From an uncultured Acidobacteriota bacterium (GTDB taxonomy: Bacteria; Acidobacteriota; Thermoanaerobaculia; UBA5066; Gp7-AA6), in assembly GCA_963764715.1 (NCBI GenBank), contig CAVXTP010000022.1:384001-448000 (forward strand): 64,000 nt of DNA. Reading direction: 5' to 3'. Both the position numbers and the translations under genes were made by a program. The notes below the pieces were generated by a model, which was not told the DNA's origin, did no database searches, and worked only from the letters and a program-made list of their open reading frames with translations. Positions within the stretch are counted from its first letter, which is position 1; every line of letters begins with the position of its first letter. Shown in pieces: positions 18,515-28,442 of the stretch.

Positions 18515-18713
18515 AGGCTCGAAAGATCTCGAGCTCCCTCAGGCCGCGGATCTCGTCGCGAAGCCGGGCGGCCATTTCGACCCGGCCACCGGAGGCAGAC
18601 CCCCGGCAGTAGGGAACGCCGGCCGGAGGCCGGCGGTAACTCACGGGTCAGGCTCGAAAGATTTCGAGCTCCCTCAGGCCGCGGATCTCGTCGCGAAGCC
18701 GGGCGGCCATTTC
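18515..18713. repeat. 64-bp direct repeat duplicating the uvrB 3' end (18515-18578 and 18650-18713)
   Basis: aggctcgaaagat(c/t)tcgagctccctcaggccgcggatctcgtcgcgaagccgggcggccatttc occurs twice with one mismatch, 135 bp apart. Confidence 0.95.
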
Positions 18714-20724
18714 AAAGTCGAGCTCCTTCGCCGCGGATCGCATCTGCTTCTCGAGATCGGCGATCCGCTTGCGCACCGACTCGGCGTCCGGGAGCTCGAT
18801 CTTCGGCCGCTCGACGGGGATCTCGTAGTAGTCGAGGTTCGCCATCCGGACGAGGGGCGAGTTGATCTGCTTGACGATCGACGCGGGCACGATGCCGTGC
18901 TCCCGGTTGTACGTCTCCTGGATGGCGCGGCGGCGGGAGGTTTCCTCGATCGCGCGGCGCATCGAATCGGTCATGGCGTCGCCGTAGAAGAGCACGCGGC
19001 CGCGCAGGTTGCGGGCGGCGCGGCCCGCCGTCTGGATGAGCGAGGTCTCGCTCCGCAGGAATCCCTCCTTGTCGGCGTCGAGGATCGCCACGACGGCGAC
19101 CTCGGGCAGGTCGAGGCCCTCCCGGAGCAGGTTGATGCCGATGAGGCAGTCGAAGACGCCGCGGCGGAAGTCCGAGAGGATGGCGACACGGTCGAGCGTC
19201 TCGATGTCCGAGTGAAGGTAGCGGCAGCGCACGCCCACCTCGGAGAAGTAGTTCGTGAGCTCCTCCGCCATCCGCTTGGTCAGTGTCGTGACGAGGACCC
19301 GGTCGCCGGCGGCCGCCGTCTCGCGGACCACCGCGAGCAGGTCGTCGACCTGTCCCTTGACCGGGCGCACCTCGATCTCGGGATCGAGGAGCCCGGTCGG
19401 GCGGATGACCTGCTCCACGATCTCGCCGCCGGCCCGCTCGAGCTCCTCCGCGGCCGGCGTGGCGCGAGACGGCGATGACCTGCCGGATCCGCTCGCGGAA
19501 CTCCTCGTTCGTCAGGGGCCGGTTGTCGAGGGCCGAGGGAAGGCGGAAGCCGTAGTCGACCAGGACCTGCTTGCGCGACCGGTCGCCGTGGAACATGCCG
19601 CGCACCTGCGGCAGGGTGACGTGGGACTCGTCGACGACGAGAAGGAAGTCCGACGGGAAGTAGTCGAGCAGGGTGGGCGGCGGCTCCCCCGGCGCCCGGC
19701 CCGAGAGGTGGCGCGAGTAGTTCTCGATCCCGCTGCAGTAGCCGAGCTCCTTCATCATCTCGAGGTCGAACATCGTGCGCTGGTGGAGGCGCTGGGCCTC
19801 GAGCAGGCGGCCCGCCTTCGTCAGCTCGGCGAGCCGCTCGTCGAGCTCCACGCGGATCGACCCGATGGCCCGCTCCAGGGTCTCGCGCGGCGTCGCGTAG
19901 AAGGTCCGGGGATAGAGGGCCAGCCGGTCCACGCGCTGCAGCGGCGTTCCCCGGAGCGGGTCGGTCTTCGTGATCTTCTCGATCTCGTCTCCGAAGAATT
20001 CGACGCGGACGGCCGTGTCCTCGTAGCCCGGCGCGACCTCCAGGACGTCGCCGCGGACCCGGAAGGTCCCGCGCGTCAGGTCGAGGTTCGTCCGCTCGTA
20101 CTGCATCGTGACGAGCTGGGCGAGCAGCGCCGGCATCCCCCGCGCGTCGCCGACCTCGAGGTACGCCAGCATGTCGTAGTAGGAGTCGGGGGCGCCGAGG
20201 CCGTAGATGCAGGAGACCGAGGCGACGACGACGACGTCCCGGCGCTCGAAGAGCGCCTTCGACGCCGCCAGCCGCAGCTTGTCGATCTCCTCGTTGCGGG
20301 AAGTCTCCTTCTCGATGTACGTGTCGGTCTGCGGGACGTAGGCCTCGGGCTGGTAATAGTCGTAGTAGGACACGAAGTACTCGACGGCGTTCTCGGGGAA
20401 GAAGCTCCGGAACTCCTGGTAGAGCTGGGCCGCGAGCGTCTTGTTGTGCGAGAGCACGAGCGTCGGGCGATTGACCGCCTCGATCACCTTGGCGATCGTG
20501 AAGGTCTTGCCGGAGCCGGTCACGCCGAGGAGGACCTGGTCGGACCGGCCCTCGTTCAATCCGGCGACGAGCCGCTCGATCGCCTGGGTCTGGTCGCCCT
20601 GGGGCGTGAACTCGGTGCGGAGCTGGAAGCGTCCGGAGGCGCGGGCCTGGGCCTCGCGGTACGAGGCCGGTTTTCCGGCGGCCGTGGCAGGAGGGGGCGG
20701 TCCGGGGTGGGTGGGACGCGGCAT
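18648..20724 (-). pseudogene. uvrB: Excinuclease ABC subunit B with a +1 frameshift near 19464 (possibly an assembly error)
   Basis: [25 protein letters not shown], then [13 protein letters not shown] and the UVR domain in another frame; the VSATP motif is split by one extra base. Confidence 0.93.
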
Positions 20725-20777
20725 CGGGTGAACCGCCGCTTATAGCATAACGACGGCGGATGCCTCACAATCGCGCG

Positions 20778-23144
20778 GTGAAGACCGTCCGGCGGGCCGC
20801 CGCCCTCGTCCTGCCGCTCGTCCTGGTCGGTTTCCTCGGGACCGTCGCGGGCTCCGTCGCGACCGGGTTCGTCCGGGTGCCCCGCGTCTCCGAGCTCGCG
20901 ACGTACCGGCCCGACATCATCACCCAGATCACGGCCCGCGACGGCTCGACGATCGCCCGGTACGCGATCGAGCGGCGCATCCTGATCTCGCGGGCCGAGA
21001 TCCCGGCCGTCGTCCGAAACGCGATCGTCGCGACCGAGGACAAGAACTTCTACCAGCACGGCGGGATCGACGTGCGGCGGACGGTCTCGGCGCTCGTCGC
21101 CAACCTCCAGCAGGGCGGGTACGCGCAGGGCGGATCGACCCTGACGCAGCAGCTGGCGCGCGCGATCTTCCTCTCCCCCCAGAAGACGATCTCGCGCAAG
21201 GTCAACGAGGCCCTCGTGGCCTTCGAGATCGAGCGGCGCTACTCCAAGGACCAGATCCTCACCATGTACGCCAACGAGATCTACCTGGGGCACGGCAACT
21301 ACGGCGTCGAGGCCGCGTGCCGCTACTACTTCGGCAAGAGCGTCAAGGACGTCACCCTGGCGGAGGCGGCCCTCCTCGCCGGGATCGTGCAGCGGCCCGA
21401 GGACCAGTCGCCCTTCCGCAATCCGGAGCTCGCCCGCGCGCGGCGTTCGACGGCGCTGCGGCGGATGCGCGCGGCCGGGTTCATCACCGAGGCCGAGCGC
21501 GTGGCGGCCGAAGCCGAGCCCCTGCCGGCGGCCCCCTCCCTCGCCGAGTCGATCGTCGGCCCGTACTTCTGCGAGGAGGTCCGGCAGTACCTCGAGAAGA
21601 CCTACGGCGAGAAGGACCTCTACCGGCGCGGCCTGCGCGTCGAGTCGACGCTCGACCCCGAGATGCAGGCCTGGTCCGAGGAGGCGCTCGGCTGGGGCCT
21701 GCGGCAGATCTCGCGGCGGCACGGGTTCCACCGGCCCCGGAACCTGACGGCCGAGGGCTACAAGTCGCTGGCGTCCTACGTCGACCCGTCGTGGGAAGGA
21801 GTCCGCGTGCAGGAGGACCAGACGCTCCGCGGCGTCGTCATGTCGGTCGACGCCTCGGGGGCGCAGGTGCGGATCGGGCACGAGACGCTTTCGCTCGCGA
21901 ACGCGGGCGCGGCCTGGACGGGCTCCACGGCCGTCGCGAAGATCCTGAAGACCGGCGACCTCGTGACCGTGACCGCGCAGCGCGCCAGGGACGGCACGCT
22001 CGCCCTCGCGCTCGACCAGGACCCGCGCGAGCAGGGCGCCGTCGTCATCATCGAGAACTCGAGCGGCGCGATCCGCGCGATGGTCGGCGGCTACGACTGG
22101 ACGCAGTCCAAGTTCAACCGCGCTTCCCAGGCCCTGCGCCAGGCGGGCTCGGCCTTCAAGCCCTTCGTTTATCTCACGGCTCTCGAGCAGGGTTACACCG
22201 GCTCCGACACGGTCTTCGACGGCCCGCTCTCGATCGTGATCGACCCGCGGCAGCCGCCGTACCGCCCCGGCAATTACGACGGGAAGTACCACGGGATCGT
22301 GACGTTCCGCCGGGCGCTCGAGCACTCCTACAACATCCCGGCGGTCCGCGTGGGCGAGATGGTCGGCCTCAACAACATCATCGAGACCGCGCACCGCCTC
22401 GGCATCCGCCAGAATCTCGAGCCCTACCCGTCGATGCCGCTCGGCTCGTTCGAAGTCAGCCTGATTGAGCTGACCTCCGCCTACAGCATCTTCGCCAACC
22501 AGGGGCTGGCCTTTGCCCCGTACATGATCGAGCGCATCACCGACTCCAACGGCGATCTGCTGGAGCAGACGCATCCGGACGCGCGGGAGGTCGAGAGCCC
22601 GCAGACGGCGTTTCAGCTGCTCCAGATCCTCAAGGGCGTGACCCAGCGCGGCACCGCGGCCCGGGCCAACGCCCTGAAGCTCAACATCGCGGGCAAGACG
22701 GGGACCACGAACGACTTCACCGACGCGTGGTTCATCGGCATGACGCCGCGTTACACCGTGGGCGTCTGGGTCGGCAACGACCAGAAGACGCAGACGATCG
22801 GCAAGGGGGCCGACGGCGCGAAGGTCGCGCTGCCGATCTGGATGCGGATCATCGAGAAGCTGCGCGACGGCGGCCGGATCGACGCGCAGGAGGATTTCGA
22901 GGTCCCCTCGAACATCGTGCTCGCTCCGGTCGACTACGAGACGGGCCTGAAGGCGACGGCCGACACCCCGCTTCCCGTGCTCGAGGCCTTCGTCTCCGGC
23001 TCCCAGCCGACGGAGGAGTGGAACCCCCGCTCGCAGGAGATCGCGAAGCTCCCCTGGTCCCTCCAGCAGCCCTTCTACGTCCCCAAGAAGGGCGAGCTGC
23101 CGGAGTCGGCAACCTTGATCCCGCCCACACCCGTCCCTCGCTGA
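20778..23144 (+). CDS. mrcA: Class A penicillin-binding protein 1A
   Basis: Transglycosylase EDKNFYQHGG, GGSTLTQQL, RKVNE; transpeptidase SAFK, SYN, KTGT. GTG 20778 follows CACAAT by 6 nt (alternative ATG 20760). Confidence 0.93.
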   Translation: MKTVRRAAALVLPLVLVGFLGTVAGSVATGFVRVPRVSELATYRPDIITQITARDGSTIARYAIERRILISRAEIPAVVRNAIVATEDKNFYQHGGIDVRRTVSALVANLQQGGYAQGGSTLTQQLARAIFLSPQKTISRKVNEALVAFEIERRYSKDQILTMYANEIYLGHGNYGVEAACRYYFGKSVKDVTLAEAALLAGIVQRPEDQSPFRNPELARARRSTALRRMRAAGFITEAERVAAEAEPLPAAPSLAESIVGPYFCEEVRQYLEKTYGEKDLYRRGLRVESTLDPEMQAWSEEALGWGLRQISRRHGFHRPRNLTAEGYKSLASYVDPSWEGVRVQEDQTLRGVVMSVDASGAQVRIGHETLSLANAGAAWTGSTAVAKILKTGDLVTVTAQRARDGTLALALDQDPREQGAVVIIENSSGAIRAMVGGYDWTQSKFNRASQALRQAGSAFKPFVYLTALEQGYTGSDTVFDGPLSIVIDPRQPPYRPGNYDGKYHGIVTFRRALEHSYNIPAVRVGEMVGLNNIIETAHRLGIRQNLEPYPSMPLGSFEVSLIELTSAYSIFANQGLAFAPYMIERITDSNGDLLEQTHPDAREVESPQTAFQLLQILKGVTQRGTAARANALKLNIAGKTGTTNDFTDAWFIGMTPRYTVGVWVGNDQKTQTIGKGADGAKVALPIWMRIIEKLRDGGRIDAQEDFEVPSNIVLAPVDYETGLKATADTPLPVLEAFVSGSQPTEEWNPRSQEIAKLPWSLQQPFYVPKKGELPESATLIPPTPVPR

Positions 23145-23166
23145 GCCGCCTTCCGACTTTCGAGAG

Positions 23167-23192
23167 AGGGCGGGGACAAGCCCCGCCCCTAC
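23167..23192 (-). repeat. GTAG-type REP-like palindrome
   Basis: Minus strand GTAG-GGGCGGGG-CTTGT-CCCCGCCC. Confidence 0.7.
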
Positions 23193-23229
23193 GACCCGGG
23201 CCGCCTCGACCACGCCGTGCAAGAACATC

Positions 23230-23373
23230 CGCTCGCGGCGCGGAAAGTCTCCCGAGCGAAGCGAGGGAGGAGGTCCGCGCCGCGGGAGCGAGCGCGCCGG
23301 CGAGGGATCAGGCCCGCGGTCGAGCGCGCATCCGCGCGAGCGACGGCGGTGCGCCGAAGGCGCAGATCCCTCG
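23230..23373. other. Structured intergenic element with two long hairpins
   Basis: Stems cgctcgcggcgcgga/tccgcgccgcgggagcg and cgagggatc/gatccctcg, with inner gcgaagc and gcgccgaaggcgc hairpins. Confidence 0.55.
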
Positions 23374-23390
23374 ACAAGCGTTCGCGACGG

Positions 23391-23849
23391 TTAGGCGCTG
23401 GCGACGTTGGCCGCCTGGACCTCGACCGTCAGGGTCGCCGCGACGTCCCGGTGCAGCCGGACGTGGACCGTGTGCGAACCGAGCCGGCGGATGGGCTCGG
23501 CGAGCTCCACCCGGCGCCGGTCGACCTCGACCCCCTTGGCGGCGAGCGCGTCGGCGATCTCGGAGGCGGTGACCGAGCCGTAGAGGTGGCCTTCGTCGCC
23601 GGCCTTCTTGACGACGACGACCGTCATGCCCTCGATGTTCCCGGCGACCGTCTGGGCGATCCCCTTCTCCTGGAGGGTCTTCTCGTCGTACTTCTTCTTC
23701 TCCTCGGAGAGGCGCCGGACGTTGGCCGTGGTCGCTTCGTAGGCCGCGCCCTGCGGAAAGAGGAAGTTGCGCGCGTAGCCGGGCTTCACGCTCACGGTGT
23801 CCCCGCGGTGCCCGAGCCCGCGCACGTCGTCGGCCAGGATGACTTTCAT
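23391..23849 (-). CDS. rplI: 50S ribosomal protein L9
   Basis: MKVIL...GHRGDTVSVKPGYARNFLFP...LYGSVT. Confidence 0.97.
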   Translation of the reverse strand: MKVILADDVRGLGHRGDTVSVKPGYARNFLFPQGAAYEATTANVRRLSEEKKKYDEKTLQEKGIAQTVAGNIEGMTVVVVKKAGDEGHLYGSVTASEIADALAAKGVEVDRRRVELAEPIRRLGSHTVHVRLHRDVAATLTVEVQAANVASA

Positions 23850-24868
23850 TTTTTCTCGGTTCCTTCCCCGCCCCGCCGGCGGAAATCCGCGTACCAGTCG
23901 AAGAGCCCCAGGAGCGCCACGCCGACGTTGATCGGGAAGTAAGCGGCCAGGGCGTAGAGACCCGCCCGGAGAATCCGGGACCGGAGCCACCTCCGGAGGA
24001 AGTGGCAGATGATAGAGAGGCCCGCCACAAAAAACAAGGCCAGCAGCGGCAGCAGCAGGTTGCCCGCGATCCGGCGGGCCTCGCCGGAAAGCACCCCGAA
24101 CGCCGCCCCCGTCGCGACGAACAGGGCCGCCGCCTGGGCGGGCACCCGCAGGCCGTCGAACCGGGCCGCCTCGGCCGTCGCGGCGGGCCGGGCCGCGGCC
24201 GCTCCCGCGTAGAACGCGAGGGCGCCGCCGAGCACCCAGAGGGCGCCAAAGATGCCCCAGAGGTACCGGCGGGCGAGGTCCCGGGCGGCCTCGAGGGTGG
24301 CCCGCATGGCCGCCACGGCCTCGGCGTCCGCGCCGGAGCGCTGATACTGGGCGACGGCCGGCGGGATGACCTCCTCGAAGGAGGCCGAGACCTGGTCGGC
24401 GACGGAGGGGCCCGAGGCCCCCGCCGCGGCCGCGAAGGCCGCCGCGAGGAACGCGCCTCCGGCGAGGCACAGGCCGAGGTAGCAGCGCGAGGGGTCGACG
24501 CCCGCGCGCAGAAAGCCCACGGCCGCCGTCGGCAGGATCGTGACGCCCGCGGCGAGAAAGGCGATCGTGAGGCCGGCGCCGACGCCGCCGGTCGCCCAGC
24601 CGAGCCCCAGAACGATCGCGACGGCGAGCGAGCAGGCGACGAAGCCCGTGACCATTCCCCGCCGGTGGGCGAGGCGCACGAGCGGCACGGCCGCCAGCGG
24701 CGCCCCGAACGGGCTCAGGAGCGAGAGCACGGGGAGGCCGAGCGCGCCGATCACCGGCAGCACGAAGAGGGCCGAGAAGGCTCCGGCGGCGGCGAGGGCC
24801 GCCAGAGGAATCTCGAACCGGGTCGCCGGGAGACCCTCGCGCCCCGCGAGGGGTTCGGGAGAGGCCAT
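23846..24868 (-). CDS. DUF2232 (YybS-like) membrane protein
   Basis: Polytopic; C-terminal LLGLFDWYADFRR; usual position between rpsR and rplI. Confidence 0.85.
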   Translation of the reverse strand: MASPEPLAGREGLPATRFEIPLAALAAAGAFSALFVLPVIGALGLPVLSLLSPFGAPLAAVPLVRLAHRRGMVTGFVACSLAVAIVLGLGWATGGVGAGLTIAFLAAGVTILPTAAVGFLRAGVDPSRCYLGLCLAGGAFLAAAFAAAAGASGPSVADQVSASFEEVIPPAVAQYQRSGADAEAVAAMRATLEAARDLARRYLWGIFGALWVLGGALAFYAGAAAARPAATAEAARFDGLRVPAQAAALFVATGAAFGVLSGEARRIAGNLLLPLLALFFVAGLSIICHFLRRWLRSRILRAGLYALAAYFPINVGVALLGLFDWYADFRRRGGEGTEKK

Positions 24869-24877
24869 CCCCTCCCG

Positions 24878-25180
24878 CTAGTCCGTTGCGTACGGCAGCA
24901 GGGCGATCGAGCGGGCGCGCTTGATGGCCGTCTGCAGTTTGCGCTGATGGAGGGCGCACGTTCCGGAGATGCGCCGCGGGAGGATCTTGCCCCGCTCGGG
25001 GATGAAACCCTGGAGGAGCTTGATGTCCTTCCAGTCGATGTACTCGAGCTTCTCCGCGCAGAACTTGCAGACCTTCCGCCGGCGGACGAAGAACTTCTTG
25101 CGCGGGCCGCCCTTGGCGTCTTTTCCGCCGGGCCCCGAACGGGGACCGGAGCGGCTCCCGGAGCCTCCACCCATTCTCAT
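24878..25180 (-). CDS. rpsR: 30S ribosomal protein S18
   Basis: RRKVCKFC...IDWKD...[10 protein letters not shown]...[12 protein letters not shown]. Confidence 0.97.
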   Translation of the reverse strand: MRMGGGSGSRSGPRSGPGGKDAKGGPRKKFFVRRRKVCKFCAEKLEYIDWKDIKLLQGFIPERGKILPRRISGTCALHQRKLQTAIKRARSIALLPYATD

Positions 25181-25593
25181 GACTCGCTCCTCTCCGCGGC
25201 GGGCTGGGCCGCGGCCGCGTCCGCCACCGGCGCCGCCGGCGGGCGCGGCGGCCGTTTGATCGCCTTCTTGCGCAGGCGCTCGGTCATCTTGGCCTGACGC
25301 TTGAGGTCCTCGTCGACGCGCACCGCGAGGTGTCGCAGGACCTGGTCGGAAAGGCCCATGCGGCGCTCGGCCTCGGCCACGGCCGCGGGCTCGGACTCCA
25401 CCTGCCAGTAGGTGTAGTGGGCCTCGCGCTTTCGCCCGATGGGGAACGCCAGCCGGCGCTTGCCCCACGGCTCTTCCTTGACGACGGTGGCGCCGCCGTC
25501 CACCAGGATCTTCCGATACTCGCCCGCGACTTTCGCCGCGTCGTCGTCGGCCAGGTCGGGCGTGACCAGGACGACGATGTCGTACAGCCTCAT
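25177..25593 (-). CDS. rpsF: 30S ribosomal protein S6
   Basis: MRLYD...[10 protein letters not shown]...VLRHL; GAGGAGG Shine-Dalgarno. Confidence 0.96.
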   Translation of the reverse strand: MRLYDIVVLVTPDLADDDAAKVAGEYRKILVDGGATVVKEEPWGKRRLAFPIGRKREAHYTYWQVESEPAAVAEAERRMGLSDQVLRHLAVRVDEDLKRQAKMTERLRKKAIKRPPRPPAAPVADAAAAQPAAERSES

Positions 25594-25612
25594 GCGTTCC
25601 TCCTCATGGATG

Positions 25613-26212
25613 TCAATCCGGATCGAGGCCGTCCGGAGAGGAAGGTGAATGATTCGCTCGCCGCATCGCGGCGTCGATTCCTTGCGTCAACCACGTCCGG
25701 AGGGCCTCCACGGCCCGCCCGACGCTGTTCTCGAATTCGTCCCGCTCGGTCTTCGCGAAGGGCTCGAGCACGTAGTCCGCGAGGTCGCGCTCGCGGGAGT
25801 ACCTCTCGCCCCGGACCCCCACGCGCAGGCGCGGGAACTCCGTGGTTCCGAGGTGGGCGATGACCGACTTGAGCCCGTTGTGCCCGCCGGCCGAGCCGCG
25901 CGCCCGCATTCGGAGCGATCCGAGCGGCAGCGCGATCTCGTCGACGACCACGCACAGGTCCGAGGGGTCGACGTCGTATTTCTGGCAAAGAGCGCGAACG
26001 GCCTCGCCGGAGGCGTTCATGAAAGTCTGCGGGAGCGCCAGGAGGACCATCTCCGGCCCGACTCTCCCCCGGCCCACGCGCGACGAACACTCTCGCGTCC
26101 GGGTCCGGATTCCCTCCTCTGCCGCGAGCCTCTCGACGACGCGAAACCCGGCGTTGTGCCGCGTGGTCTCGTAGTCGTCCCCCGGGTTCCCGAGGCCGAC
26201 GATCGCGCGCAG
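25613..26212 (-). CDS. pth: Peptidyl-tRNA hydrolase (start probably CTG at 26212)
   Basis: IVGLGNPG...TRHNAGF lies upstream of the ORF-track start; PQTFMNASG, GGHNGLKS, RLRVGV. Confidence 0.95.
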   Translation of the reverse strand: MRAIVGLGNPGDDYETTRHNAGFRVVERLAAEEGIRTRTRECSSRVGRGRVGPEMVLLALPQTFMNASGEAVRALCQKYDVDPSDLCVVVDEIALPLGSLRMRARGSAGGHNGLKSVIAHLGTTEFPRLRVGVRGERYSRERDLADYVLEPFAKTERDEFENSVGRAVEALRTWLTQGIDAAMRRANHSPSSPDGLDPD

Positions 26213-26215
26213 AAG

Positions 26216-26920
26216 TTACTTCTCCTTTTCCTTCTCCTTCTTGCCTTCCTTCGCGTCCTCGGCGCCTTCCTCCTCCGACACGGCCTTGCCCTTCTTCAGG
26301 ACCTCGGGCTCGGTCGGCTCGGCGGCGGCCTCGGCCGCGGCGGCGGGCTCCTCCTCGCGTGCCGGGTGCGCCACGTGGACGACGACCTTTTCGGGGTTGT
26401 CGACGATCGTCACGCCCTCGACGGCGGGGATCTCGGCGATCCGGATGGCATCGCCGATCGCGAGCTCGCTCACGTCGACCGTGAGGCTCGGCGGGATGTT
26501 GCCCGGGAGACACTCGATCTCGATCTCGCGGGTCACGAGATCCAGGATGCCGCCGTCGGCCTTGACGCCCTTGGCGACGCCCGTGACCTCGATCGGGACC
26601 TTGACGGTGATCTTCACGTCCATGAGGACGCGGACGAAATCGATGTGGAGCGGCTTGCGGGAGAGGGGGTCGCGCTGCAGCTCCTTGATCATCGCGTGCC
26701 GGCTCTGGTCGGACCCGGCGAGCTTCAGGAGGAAGATCGCGTTCTCGCCCGCGCCCTCGCGGAAGAGGTCCGAGAGGGCCTTGCGGTTGACCGCGATCGG
26801 CACGTTGGGCTTCCCGGCCCCGTAGACGACGGCCGGGATCTGGCCGGCCATGCGGCTGCGGCGGGCCTCGCCCTTTCCGGTCGTCGAGCGTTTCTCGACG
26901 TTCAATTCGATGGTCTTCAT
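26216..26920 (-). CDS. rplY: 50S ribosomal protein L25 / general stress protein Ctc
   Basis: IPAVVYG, HIDFVRV, GVKADGG; long form. Confidence 0.96.
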   Translation of the reverse strand: MKTIELNVEKRSTTGKGEARRSRMAGQIPAVVYGAGKPNVPIAVNRKALSDLFREGAGENAIFLLKLAGSDQSRHAMIKELQRDPLSRKPLHIDFVRVLMDVKITVKVPIEVTGVAKGVKADGGILDLVTREIEIECLPGNIPPSLTVDVSELAIGDAIRIAEIPAVEGVTIVDNPEKVVVHVAHPAREEEPAAAAEAAAEPTEPEVLKKGKAVSEEEGAEDAKEGKKEKEKEK

Positions 26921-26959
26921 GCCCTACCCCGCGCGGGAGTCCGCGCAAAGAGGCGGATT

Positions 26960-27919
26960 CTACACAAAAAGCGAGGAAACGGAAGCCCCGTCGTGGATCC
27001 GCTGGATGGCCTCCCCGAGGAGGGGGGCCACGGAAAGGGCCTTGATCCGGGGGCATCGGGCCATGGCGGCCTCGACCGGGATGGTGTTTGTGACGAGCAG
27101 GCTCTTCAGCCCGGACCCCTCGATCCGCTCGAGCGCCGGCCCCGAAAAGACCCCGTGGACGGCCGCCGCATAGGTCCGCTTGGCGCCCCCCCTCCGGAGG
27201 GCCGCCTCGGCCTGGACGAGCGTCCCGGCGGTGTCGATGATGTCGTCGAGGATCAGCACGTCCTTGCCCTCGACCTCGCCGACCACGTTCAGGATCTCGG
27301 TTTCGTTCTTTCCCGTGCGACGCTTATCGATGACGGCGAGCGAGGCCTCCAGCCGCTTGGCGATGGCGCGGGCGCGCGTCAGGCCGCCGACGTCCGGCGA
27401 GACGATGACGAGGTCGTCCAGCGCGAGTTTGCGGATCGCGTCCAGGATGACCGGCGCCGCGAAGAGGTGGTCGACCGGGATGTTGAAGAACCCCTGGATC
27501 TGGGCCGCGTGGAGGTCCATGGTCAGGATCCGGTCCGCCCCCGCGGCGGTCAGCAGGTCGGCCATGAGCTTGGCGGCGATCGGGACGCGCGGCTTGTCCT
27601 TCTTGTCCTGGCGGGCGTAGCCGAAGTACGGCAGGACGGCGGTAATGCGCGAGGCCGAGGACCGCCGGAACGCGTCGAGCAGGATGAGCAGCTCCATGAC
27701 GCTGTCGTTGACCGGGGAGCAGGTCGGCTGGACGACGAAGACGTCGGCGCCGCGCACGTTCTCGTCGATCTGGCAGTAGTCTTCGCCGTCGGAGAAGTTG
27801 TAGAGCGTCAGCTCCCCGAGCGGGATCCCGAGATACGCGCAGATCTCCTGCGCGAGCGCCGGATGCGCGCGGCCCGAGAAGATCTTGAGATCGCCGTAGT
27901 TGAAGGCGTGTGCGACCAA
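26960..27919 (-). CDS. prs: Ribose-phosphate pyrophosphokinase
   Basis: FSDGE, PYFGYARQD, DLHAAQIQGFF, DDIIDTAGT. Confidence 0.97.
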   Translation of the reverse strand: MVAHAFNYGDLKIFSGRAHPALAQEICAYLGIPLGELTLYNFSDGEDYCQIDENVRGADVFVVQPTCSPVNDSVMELLILLDAFRRSSASRITAVLPYFGYARQDKKDKPRVPIAAKLMADLLTAAGADRILTMDLHAAQIQGFFNIPVDHLFAAPVILDAIRKLALDDLVIVSPDVGGLTRARAIAKRLEASLAVIDKRRTGKNETEILNVVGEVEGKDVLILDDIIDTAGTLVQAEAALRRGGAKRTYAAAVHGVFSGPALERIEGSGLKSLLVTNTIPVEAAMARCPRIKALSVAPLLGEAIQRIHDGASVSSLFV

Positions 27920-28038
27920 GCGGGAGGGATTCTACGCGGGATCCGGCCGTCCGTCGACTGCGGGCGCGCACTCGGGCCGATGAGGTCGTCCGAGAGCCGG
28001 CGTGGTCGCTCGCGGGCGTCGCCGAATTCGCGGTGGAT

Positions 28039-28114
28039 TGGCTGGGGCGCTAGGACTCGAACCTAGAAATGCCGGCTCCAAAGGCCGGTGCCTTACCAGT
28101 TTGGCGACGCCCCA
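28039..28114 (-). tRNA. tRNA-Gln (TTG)
   Basis: TGGGGCGTCGCCAAACTGGTAAGGCA-CCGGC CT TTG GA GCCGG-...GGTTCGAGTCC...CCCCAGCCA. Confidence 0.96.
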
Positions 28115-28127
28115 ACGTCCCTCGATT

Positions 28128-28442
28128 CTACGCCTGCGGTTCGGGCGTGGGGCCTTCCGCCGGAGCGGCCGGGGGCGCGGTCGCGTCGGCCGCCCGGACC
28201 TTCGCGTACTCCTCGAGAATGCGCTTCTCCATCTTCTCGCGGGTCTCGCGGTTGAGCGGATGCGCGATGTCCTTGAACTCGCCGTTCTTCTTTCGCTTGG
28301 ACGGCATCGAGATGAAGAGGCCGTTGGGGCCCTGGATGACCTTGAGGTCGGACACGAGAAAACACTCGTCGAGCACGATCGAAACGTAGGCCTTCAGCTT
28401 CTCCTCGGCGACGGGAAACACTTTCACCTGCGTGATGGTCAC
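28128..28442 (-). CDS. spoVG: SpoVG family protein
   Basis: ITQVKV...LKAYVSIVLD...DLKVIQGPNGLFISMPSKR...FKDIAHP. Confidence 0.93.
   Translation of the reverse strand: MTITQVKVFPVAEEKLKAYVSIVLDECFLVSDLKVIQGPNGLFISMPSKRKKNGEFKDIAHPLNRETREKMEKRILEEYAKVRAADATAPPAAPAEGPTPEPQA

Noticed and set aside
18515-18713. Possible mini-CRISPR array
   Set aside because: Only two 64-bp units, identical to uvrB coding sequence, and no cas genes.
24878-25593. ssb missing between rpsF and rpsR
   Set aside because: A common variant; ssb is present at 38092.
28128-28442. spoVG as evidence of sporulation
   Set aside because: SpoVG is a nucleic-acid-binding protein also found next to ispE/prs in non-sporulating bacteria.
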